Assembly: GCA_963777505.1 (NCBI GenBank)
Contig: CAVZQN010000008.1
Location: 384,001-448,000 of the forward strand
Origin: an uncultured bacterium
GTDB lineage: Bacteria > Acidobacteriota > HRBIN11 > JAKEFK01
DNA length: 64,000 bases
Direction of reading: 5' to 3'
Shown here piece by piece: positions 41,053-50,151 of this stretch; position 1 is the stretch's first letter; each line of letters begins with the position of its first letter. The position numbers and the translations under genes were made by a program. The notes beneath the pieces are model-generated. The model did not search any database. It worked only from the letters and a program-made list of their open reading frames with translations, and was not told the origin of the DNA.

Positions 41053-41805
41053 ATGAAAGGTTTGAGCAACAAGCGAGTTGTAATCACTGGCGGCGCTAGC
41101 GGAATCGGTGAGGCAACGGTCGAGAGATTTTTGGAGGAAGGTGCTCGCGTCGCGGTGATTGACTACGACAAAGTTGGCGGTCAAAACCTTCGGAAAAAAT
41201 TCACAAATCTTGCCGGCGTTATTATTGCGGATGTGGCCGACGCCATCGCAGTTGATGGCGCTTTTCGTGAGCTGGATGAACTGCTGGGTGGTGTAGACAT
41301 CACGATCAACAATGCCGGAATCAGCATACGCCATGACTTTATGGACATTACACCTGAGGAATGGCGCAAAGTGATGAGCGTTGATCTGGATGGTGTGTTC
41401 TACGTGGCACAGCAATCGGCAAAACGCATGCTCGCGGGCACTGGCGGAGTCATCATCAACATGGGCTCCACTTCAGGAATGAACGGATACCCACGATATG
41501 CCGACTACAATGCAGCAAAAGCAGGTGTGATCGAACTCACCCGCACGATGGCGCTGGAACTTGCGCCCACTATCCGCGTGATCGCGGTATGTCCAGGATA
41601 CGTCTGGACGTCAATGCAGGAGGCAGAGTACACACCGGAAATGAAGGCAGCAGTAGATGCAAAGATCCCGCTGCGCCGTCATGCGGCACCCAGCGAAATC
41701 GCCGCGCTCTTTGCCTTTCTTGCTTCCGAAGAAGCTCCATATATAACAGGACATCCAGTGATCATTGACGGCGGCGAAATCGTCGGCGGTCTCGCAAGCC
41801 GTTAA
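41053..41805 (+). CDS. SDR oxidoreductase
   Basis: TGGASGIG, NNAG, YNAAK, IIDGG; GGAGA RBS. Confidence 0.9.
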   Translation: MKGLSNKRVVITGGASGIGEATVERFLEEGARVAVIDYDKVGGQNLRKKFTNLAGVIIADVADAIAVDGAFRELDELLGGVDITINNAGISIRHDFMDITPEEWRKVMSVDLDGVFYVAQQSAKRMLAGTGGVIINMGSTSGMNGYPRYADYNAAKAGVIELTRTMALELAPTIRVIAVCPGYVWTSMQEAEYTPEMKAAVDAKIPLRRHAAPSEIAALFAFLASEEAPYITGHPVIIDGGEIVGGLASR

Positions 41806-41830
41806 AGAACCACGGTTCGGTTGTCTGCCA

Positions 41831-42463
41831 TTAAATGAAGTCTTCTAAATAACTAAGTCTCACATCTACAGAAAGAATCAAGCGTTCGTTTGTTCCTTTG
41901 TGGACAACACTATGCGGAGAGGGTCCGCCATCCTTGAAAGCGATGATCTTCCCTTCTTCCCAGGTCCTTTGCTGAGTTCCAACTTTAATATAGCAATCAG
42001 GATCGCATAACAAACCTAAATGCAGTCTCATCCAATCATTCACCCATCCTGTATGGGGACGTATCACCGAACCAGGAACTAACCGGCTGACAAATACATT
42101 GGCTAAATTATTTTCGGATTCTAACGAAGAAATTACTGAAACAACGGTAGGACAATGTTCTCTCGCATTTTTTATCCGTGCCGCCAAAAATTCTTGAAAA
42201 TTATCGATCCCGGGCATTTCGATAAAGTCAGCGGCCTCTCCTTCGAAGCGCGATAAAGGAATTACCGCCCAGTAGTGATCATAAAGCTTTGTTTCTTGCG
42301 ATGTCTCCAAATCAATCACGTCATACAGCGGATAATCAACGAAAGGATTGTGATTTTCCCTGTAGCGCAAAACCTCATCACGAATCTGTGGATAATTTTC
42401 CAATAGCAATTTATAGATGGGAACATCGGTCAAATAATCTTCCCAAAACTCCGGTGAATCCAT
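41831..42463 (-). CDS. Aspartyl/asparaginyl beta-hydroxylase (AspH/LpxO-like 2OG-Fe(II) dioxygenase)
   Basis: SRLVPGSVIRPHTG, RLHLGL, WEEGKIIAF.D...HSV, RLIL.VD. Confidence 0.82.
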   Translation of the reverse strand: MDSPEFWEDYLTDVPIYKLLLENYPQIRDEVLRYRENHNPFVDYPLYDVIDLETSQETKLYDHYWAVIPLSRFEGEAADFIEMPGIDNFQEFLAARIKNAREHCPTVVSVISSLESENNLANVFVSRLVPGSVIRPHTGWVNDWMRLHLGLLCDPDCYIKVGTQQRTWEEGKIIAFKDGGPSPHSVVHKGTNERLILSVDVRLSYLEDFI

Positions 42464-42549
42464 AATTAAAATTTTACCGCATAGTGCAAATTACTCTGAG
42501 GATGCCTTTGGATGCATGCAAAAATTTCTATCTTGTTTAAGGAGAAAGC

Positions 42550-42769
42550 ATGAAGAATGAATTGGTAGCAATTGCTACGGCATCAGATAGCGGAATTGGG
42601 AGGAGTTGTGCGCATAAGCTCGAGGAACTGGATATCGACTGGTGTTGTTCTCGCGCTCCGGCACTCTGGACGAAGCAGCAAATGTTGTGGCCTTTCTCCT
42701 GTCGGCAGAGACTGGATATATCAACTGGCAAATCTGCTTGTTGACGGCGGATTCAACCGATCCATCTAA
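42550..42769 (+). pseudogene. Internally deleted SDR remnant
   Basis: AAGGAG RBS and N-terminal VAIATASDSGIGRSCA joined to C-terminal EAANVVAFLLS..TGYI and NLLVDGGFNRSI fragments. Confidence 0.6.
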
Positions 42770-43082
42770 TCCAATACAAATCGGTACACTCAGGCTAAAT
42801 AGGATGAGGGTTTTGCCATATGGCACATATAGTACTGCCACATGGCACATATCGAACGCGGTGGCAATAATGTATTCATGTTCGGCGTCCTTAAAAGCTT
42901 CAAGCAACTTGCCTAATTTCAGATTCATCAAAGAACCAATGTCTTTTGGTTGAAGCTCATCACCTTTTCCTCCGATGATGCAGACTCTCACCATGTTATG
43001 CGTAAGAAATAATAGAGGCGGATCACGAATGAATCATGACTGTAGTGATCGGCAGCTAATTCTTTCGTAGGCCCTCCAATTT

Positions 43083-45366
43083 TCAAGGTTGCATCAAGTC
43101 GTCGCCGGTCGTCTTCTGTAAGAGATGGATTTGTCTGCGCACTTTGTCAGCATCGTTCGCATCGGGTGCCATTGAAAGATAGAGCTGATAGTTCTGGATT
43201 GCTTGCTTCGTGTCGCCTCCCTTGTGATATGAAGCGCCGATGTTGTACAGAAACTGCGGAAATGGTTTTTGTTCGTAGGCTTCGGCAAAGGCGCTCGCAG
43301 CTTCATTGAAGCGGCCTGCATTGTAAGCAGTTTGCCCGCGGTCAAACGCCGATTGGGCGGCTTTCAACGCATCTTCACGCAACTTGGTGATATGTGTCCG
43401 GACCTTCGCGGCATCCGGAGCATCCGGAGTTTCCTTAAGATACGCCTCGTACCTTTGCGCGGCGAGTTCGCGTTTGCCCATTTTATCAAGAGCAGCCGCC
43501 TGGTTGTAACGCAAAGCTCCCAACGGATTCTGCTGATAGGCGCCTTCAAATGCTTGCAATGCGTCTCCATATTTACCCGCGTTGTAGTGATCGTTGCCTT
43601 GCGCAAACAATTTTTCTGATTCGGCGACACCGGTTATTGTCGCTTCGCGACCACCCATGTGGGCACGAGCGCGTTTCTGCGCCTCGCGCGCTTCATCCGC
43701 GCGCGGAGCGTTTGGATCAGACAAATAAGTTTGATACGTGAGATCGGCTTCTGCATAACGTCCACCATCAAGCAACGCCGCCGCTTTGTTCAGAATAAAT
43801 TTCGAGTCAGGATATGTCCGAAATCCTTCCTCAAAAGCGCTGACTGCTTCGTTATATTTGTGTGCAGACAGCAGCCGATTTCCGCGCAACATCCACTCCT
43901 GACCGCCTTCACGTCCGCTAGCAGTAATCGGCGCCTTATCAGCTTCGGTACGCAACTTCTCAGCGCGGCTGTTAACCTTCTGAGCATCCGCTGCACTTGG
44001 CTTTTCCTTAGCATATTGACTGTAGCGCTCGGCCGCCGCGTAAGGGCGCCCCAGTTTTTCTAGCGACGCACCCATGTTGTATTTGAACTCAGGAAGCGGA
44101 TTGAGCTCATAAGCTTTTTCAAACGCATCCAGCGCTTCCTGGTATCGTCCTGCCTTATAGGCTAACGCTCCCTTATCGTACTCATTCCGTGATTCTTCTT
44201 TGGCAACGCCTACTTTCGCACGCTCCATCGCAGCTCGCGCTTCATCGGCACGCGGAGCATTTGGATCGGAGAGATAACGCTCATATTCCCTCACCGCCTC
44301 GGAATATCTGCCACCGTCGAGCAAGGCCGCTGCTTTATTCAGCATAAACTTCTCAGATGGAAACGTCTTGAATCCTTCATCGTATGCCTTGACCGCCTCA
44401 TTGTAACGATGTGCATGCAGATGCCGGTTCCCACGCGCCATCCATTCCTGGCCGCCTTCACGTCCAGTGGCGGTGATCGGTGCCTTATCAGCAGCCTCGC
44501 GCATTTTATTCATGCGATCTTTGACCTGAACCGCGTCTTTCGCAGTTGGCTTTTCTTTGAGATATTCCTGCAAACGGTCGGCCGCCGCATACGGACGACC
44601 TAATTTTTCTAGAGCTGACGCCTGATTAAATTTGAACTCGGCAAGGGGGTTGAGCTCGTAAGCCTTATCAAAAGCGTCCAGCGCTTCCTGATATTTTCCC
44701 GCCTTGTACGCTTCAGCACCTTTATCGAACTCAGTACGTGACTCGGCTACACCAGTAGCAGTCGCTTCGCGTCCACCCATCGCGGCTTTCGCGCGCTCCA
44801 TCGCTGCCTTTGCCTCATCGGCACGCGGAGCGTCCGGATCGGAGAGGTATCGTTCGTATGCCTGCACCGCCTCCGAATGACGGCCAGCATCTAATAAAGC
44901 AGAAGCCTTGTTGAGAAGGAAAGAATTATGAGGATATGTGCGGAAGCCTATCATCGTAGGCTTCAATAGCTTCGTTATAGCGATGCTCCTTAAGCATCTT
45001 GTTGCCGTGATCCATCCACACCTGCGCTTCTTTTCGAGCTTTCTCGAGACCTGGATCGGCAGACTTCGTGACAGTCGCTGTTCCACCGCCGATGTTAGGA
45101 GGTGCCGCGAATTGGGTACCATTCCTTCCGAGTTGTTCAGAGAGCTGCTGCTGAAGAAATATTTCGCCTGTTTTCATTGAGGCTTTCGCTTCGGTCCCGG
45201 CCTGCTTCATTGCCTGAACTGTATTAGAGTCAGCCTGGGTATTTCCCGCAGTTGCGTTTCCTTCTTGTTCTCCGCTCTTCTGGGTCTTATCCGCAGTGAT
45301 CTCGATTTGATCATCTGTCCGGACAGTTGGTCCTTGTGACATCGGGGGCATCGTATCCGTTCTCAT
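43083..45366 (-). CDS. Large repetitive TPR protein with a disordered N-terminus (one frameshift near 44955)
   Basis: ORF 44926..45366 runs into 43083..45122; three copies of a ~180-aa two-module TPR unit; AGAGGT RBS. Confidence 0.8.
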
Positions 45367-45639
45367 ATTCGTACCTCTATTTTTTTATGTGTTCTGGGAC
45401 GGTGGTTCTGACATTATCTCGGCGATGGAAAGGCAGCTCCTAGATGATGTCACTTAATAATGACGGAGCAGCAGACGAGTGCACGGAAAAATTTCGGGAT
45501 TTCTCCGACTCCGTAATGCCGTAGAGATCTCCACTATTCCGTGTGCCCTTTTCTATAACGTTCGCAGTACTTAACTCGTAATCAGCATAACTCACTGCCA
45601 TAAAACAACTTAGCTGTTTAGCTAAATACGATTGAATGT

Positions 45640-45655
45640 TGGCACTCTGCTTGCT
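45640..45655 (+). promoter_or_regulatory. Sigma54 (-24/-12) promoter of the aspA-ansB-porin operon
   Basis: TGGCAC-TCTGC-TTGCT, an exact consensus match with GG-N10-GC, ~107 bp upstream of the aspA ATG. Confidence 0.75.
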
Positions 45656-45761
45656 GTTGTAAGTCTTCGATGATCCTGATGAGTCCCAAAATCGCTCCGC
45701 GCACGTCGGAGTGATGGGATGCAATACTGCTTCATATGGGATTAAACGAAAGGAGGCTTTA

Positions 45762-47239
45762 ATGAAAAAGCTTAGCATTATATTCATACTAATAGTGTCG
45801 ATGACACTCAGCGTTTCTGCTCAGAGTCAAACCCGAACGGAAAAAGATCTACTTGGGGAAAAACAGATTCCGGCAGAAGCCTATTACGGCGTGCAAACAG
45901 CGCGCGCTCTGGAGAATTTCCAGATCTCAGGAATACCGATCAATCATTATCCTGGATTCGTGGAAGCCTGGGCGATCGTAAAGCTTGCTGCTGCGCGTGC
46001 CAACCATGATGTCGGCGCGCTGAAAAAAGAGAAGCTGGATGCAATCGAAAAAGCCTGCAATGCACTCATGAAGGATAAGAAGTATCACGATCAATTTCAG
46101 GTCGACTTCTATCAAGGTGGAGCAGGTACATCCACAAATATGAACGCAAACGAAGTTCTCGCAAATGTTGCTCTAGAACTCAGCGGCCATAAAAAAGGCG
46201 AATACCACCATGTCGAACCACATGATGATCTGAACATGTCGCAGTCGACCAACGATTCTTACCCTACTGCTTTGAAGGTCGCTTTTATTCTACGCAACGA
46301 CAAATTGATCGGAGAGCTGGAAAAAACTGCAGCATCTTTCCGGGCAAAGGGTAACGCGTTTTTAAAGATTGTAAAGATGGGCCGGACAGAGATGCAAGAC
46401 GCTGTGCCCATGACAGTCGGACAGGAATTCCACGCTTTTGCTGCCTCGCTTGAAAGCGAAATCCAACTGTTGCGCGATGCAGAGAAGTACCTCTACGCAG
46501 TCAACATGGGAGGAACAGCGATCGGCACAGGCTTGAATGCTCCTAAAGGATATGCCGAAAAATGCGCCGCTCATCTTGCAAAGATAACTGGAAAGCCGAT
46601 TGTTCCTGCAAAAGATATGCTGGCAGCAACGTGGGATCAGCAAGGCTTTGTCGTTTATTCTGCTGCTCTTAAAAGCGTTGCGATAAAGCTTTCCAAAATT
46701 GCAGGCGATTTAATTCTTCTTGCAGCAGGACCCCGCGCAGGTCTTTTCGAAATCAATCTTCCAGCAATGCAACCTGGCTCTTCAATCATGCCGGGCAAGG
46801 TAAACCCCGTAATTCCTGAGCTTGTCAATTTAGTTGCATTCCGAGTGATGGGAAACGACTACACAGTGAATCTTGCTGCGCATTCTGGCCAACTTCAGTT
46901 GAATGCTTACGAACCCATCGAAGGTCTTGCGATTATGGAATCGCAGCATTTGCTCTTTACAACATCTTCGACTTTCCGAACAAAGTGCATCGATGGAATT
47001 ACTGTGAATGAAGATGTGTTGCAAGACTATCTCGAAAAAACAATTGGCATTGTCACAGCTTTAAATCCTGTGATCGGATATGAGAAAGCGACAGAATTAG
47101 CGAAAGAAGCTTTCGACACAAAAAAGGCATTTTGCAACTCATTCGTGAAAAGAAAGTTTTAACAGAAGATCAAATCCGAGACTTGCTGGATCCAGTCAAA
47201 TTGACCGGTCTTGATCCCGCTCAGTATCAGCAGAAGTAA
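45762..47239 (+). CDS. aspA: Aspartate ammonia-lyase with an N-terminal Sec signal peptide (one A missing in the homopolymer at ~47120)
   Basis: AGGAGG RBS; YYGVQTARA, GGAGTSTNMNANEV, MSQSTND, GSSIMPGKVNP; adding one A restores KGILQLIREKKVLTEDQIRDLLDP...* ending at 47239. Confidence 0.88.
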
Positions 47240-47250
47240 GGGAGACACTT

Positions 47251-48315
47251 ATGAAACTCATCAAATCACTTGTAACTTTTTGTGTTGTTCTATTATTTGC
47301 AGCCAGCCTGCAAGCTCAAGGTGCGAAGAAACCTCGCGTTGTAATCGTTGCTACGGGCGGAACGATCGCAGGATCAGCCGCGACTGCGACTGAAGCCGGC
47401 TATCAATCAGGAGCAGTTGGTGTCGATATTCTGATTGCAGCCGTTCCCCAACTGAAAGAAATCGCAGATGTGAAGGGAGAACAGGTTGCCAGCATTGGCA
47501 GTCAGGACATGAATGATGAAGTGTGGATCAAGCTAGCCAACAAAGTTAATGAATTGCTTGCCCAGCCTGACGTTGCCGGCGTAGCGATCACACATGGTAC
47601 GGACACACTGGAAGAGACTTCGTATTTTTTGAGCCTTGTTGTGAAAAGCGATAAGCCAGTTGTGATGACCGGATCGATGCGGCCTTCAACAGCCATGAGC
47701 GCAGATGGTCCGTTGAATATTTACAATGCAGTGGCAATCGCAGCAGATCCAACAGCGCGCGGACGTGGTGTCCTGGTAGCAATCGATGACGATATCCACT
47801 CCGCTCATGACGTGATCAAAACTCACACAACCGATGTTGCAACATTCACTTCCAATGAAGCGGGACTCGTTGGAGCAGAACTCTTTGGAAAGACGATCTG
47901 GTATCGCGCACCGCGTCAGGTCCATACCAGTAAGAGTGACCTTGCGCTTGTTGCAGGCAAAGGACTCCCGCGCGTAGATATCATTTATGCTCACGCAAGT
48001 ATGTCTCCGGACATGATTGATGCCGCAGTTCAAAACGGAGCAAAAGGAATCGTGATTGCCGGTGTAGGAGATGGAAATATGACAGCGCCTGCTATCGAAG
48101 CCGTCAAACGCGCAGTGAAAAAAGGCGTCGTCGTAGTCCGTTCTTCCCGTACAAACGGAGGGATCATCCGCCGAAACATCGAAGTAAATGATGATGAACT
48201 TGGCACGGTTGCATCCATGGAGTTGAATCCTGCAAAGTCCAGACCGTTGCTCCAGCTTGCTTTGTTGAAAACGTCCGACGTTAAGAAAATTCAGGATTAC
48301 TTCGACCGCTACTAA
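47251..48315 (+). CDS. ansB: Type II (periplasmic) L-asparaginase
   Basis: Signal peptide, ATGGTIAG, IGSQDM, HGTDTLEET, SADGPLN, GVGDGN. Confidence 0.92.
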   Translation: MKLIKSLVTFCVVLLFAASLQAQGAKKPRVVIVATGGTIAGSAATATEAGYQSGAVGVDILIAAVPQLKEIADVKGEQVASIGSQDMNDEVWIKLANKVNELLAQPDVAGVAITHGTDTLEETSYFLSLVVKSDKPVVMTGSMRPSTAMSADGPLNIYNAVAIAADPTARGRGVLVAIDDDIHSAHDVIKTHTTDVATFTSNEAGLVGAELFGKTIWYRAPRQVHTSKSDLALVAGKGLPRVDIIYAHASMSPDMIDAAVQNGAKGIVIAGVGDGNMTAPAIEAVKRAVKKGVVVVRSSRTNGGIIRRNIEVNDDELGTVASMELNPAKSRPLLQLALLKTSDVKKIQDYFDRY

Positions 48316-48324
48316 TTTATTAGC

Positions 48325-48393
48325 TCAACGCAGAGGACGTGGAGAGCGCAGAGTTTCATAAATTGATTCAAATTGCTGCGCTCTCCGCGTTGA
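48325..48393. repeat. REP-like inverted repeat pair
   Basis: tcaacgcagaggacgtggagagcgcagag ... ctgcgctctccgcgttga. Confidence 0.6.
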
Positions 48394-48411
48394 ATCAATC
48401 AAGGAATTTTT

Positions 48412-49737
48412 ATGCTCAAAGAATGTCCGAAAAGAACTATTGCTGTGATCCCTTGCGTCTGGTTGGCAATTCTATTCCTGTGGCTTTCGCCACCCCAGTT
48501 GTGCGCCCAGACAGATACTGCTCCCCACATCATAGAAGAAGAATCAGATACTGTTCCTGATGGCACAGAAGGAGAAGTGCTCGTAAAAAAAGGTGCGCCT
48601 AAAAAGCCATGGAATGAATTTGATCTCGGCTTTACTACGTTCAAATTTGGTGCAGGTTTTCTGTATGAATACGGATGGTTCTAACAGGATGAAGAGGGTG
48701 AACAGCAGGCAGAAGAGGGTGGATATAGACTGGATCCTACGGACAAAATTCGTGATTTTCGCATACTTTTCAGCGGACAGATTCCAACCGACAGAACAAT
48801 GACCTGGAAAACGGGGATCATGTATGACGCTCCATCCGGTCAATGGTTTGTGCGCGAGACCGGCGTAATGATCGGCGTTCCTGAATTGTGGGGACATTTA
48901 TTTATCGGCCGCACAAAAGAAGGAGTGTCCTTGAACAAAGTAATTAACGGATACGCCGGCTGGACGATGGAAAGACAAATGGCACTGGATGTGTTCCCCA
49001 TTCTTGCTGATGGAGTCAAATGGATGGGGTATCTACCCAAGAAGCGGTTTTTGTGGAATGCAGGAGCCTATGGCGATGCTCTATCAAAAGGACAGTCCTT
49101 CTCCACCTTTAAATGGCAATTAGCGACCCGCCTTGTCTGGCTCCCTATCTACGCAAAGGAAGAAGAAACGCTTTTGCATCTTGGCACAAGCATTCGTTAT
49201 GGCAAGCCAGTGGATGGCAAGATCAGGCTACGCTCTCGTCCTGAGGCTAACACTGCTCCTTACTTCATCGATACCGGAACTTTTGCTAGCGACCAGTCGA
49301 CCAGCTTGGGGTTTGAGGCATATTACACCAAGGAATCGCTAATGATCGGCTCGGAATTCTATTTGCATAATTTTAGTTCAGACGAGAAAGATGATCCGCT
49401 GTTCCATGGCGGAGACGTAGTTGTCAGCTACATTCTTACTGGTGAATCACGCCCTTATTCAACCGTTAGCGGAATATATGGCTTTGTTCCAGTAGCCAAA
49501 CCTGTTTGGAAGGGAGGACCAGGAGCCATTGAAGCGCTGGTTCGAGTTTCTAACTTAGATCTCGATGGTGGCACGATCAATGGTGGAAAATTCTGGAGGA
49601 TCACACCAATGGTCAATTGGTATCTTTCTTCATATGTTCGATGGGAATTTGCATACGGATATGGAACTCTGGACCGATACAATTTAAAAGGGTCAACTCA
49701 CTTTTTCCAAAGCAGAATTCAATTGAGCGTGTTGTGA
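48412..49737 (+). CDS. OprO/OprP-family porin, interrupted by an in-frame TAA at 48682
   Basis: The two ORFs are in the same frame; signal peptide, GRTKE...MER, RLRSRPE, YILTGESRPY, GAIEALVRVS, VNWY, C-terminal QSRIQL. Confidence 0.8.
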
Positions 49738-50151
49738 TGCATCCCAAATTGGAGATTAGAAATTGCGAATGAGCTCAATTCGGCATTCGGAAATCGATTG
49801 TTCGTTAATCGGACTTCAAGCGCTAAAGCAAACTTGGCTGCGCCTTTGAAACATTGGTTTCTATTCGTTTCGATTTTGATGATTCCATTCTGGGTGAATG
49901 CTCAAAGTCAAACTGAGAGTACTCCGGAACCTCCGGATGATACTAATCCCACGAAAGCTGATCACATAATTCTGAATCGTAACAGCATTCTGAAGCCCAA
50001 AGGCATTATTCTACGATGGGATGTTCCGTTGGCTACGACTCATTTTCAAGAGCGGACGGAAACCGGGCTTGGAGATATTTATTTTCAGCGTTTGCTATTT
50101 CTGCATTTAAGAAAAAGCTTCGTTGTTGGTGCAGAGAAAAGGAAAATCTAT

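Noticed and set aside
42575-42994. 139-aa minus-strand ORF
   Set aside because: No recognisable motif, and its 3' half overlaps the SDR remnant on the opposite strand; at most a fragment
45440-45787. 115-aa minus-strand ORF, and the GTG-start extension of aspA from 45711
   Set aside because: The minus-strand ORF overlaps the sigma54 promoter and RBS; the AGGAGG RBS places the aspA start at 45762
47118-47130. Programmed frameshift in aspA at the A-run
   Set aside because: One of many single-base indels in this region, with no stimulatory structure seen; sequencing error is simpler
48682-48684. Stop-codon recoding in the porin
   Set aside because: The codon is TAA (not Sec UGA or Pyl UAG) and TAA ends many genes here; a substitution or error is more likely
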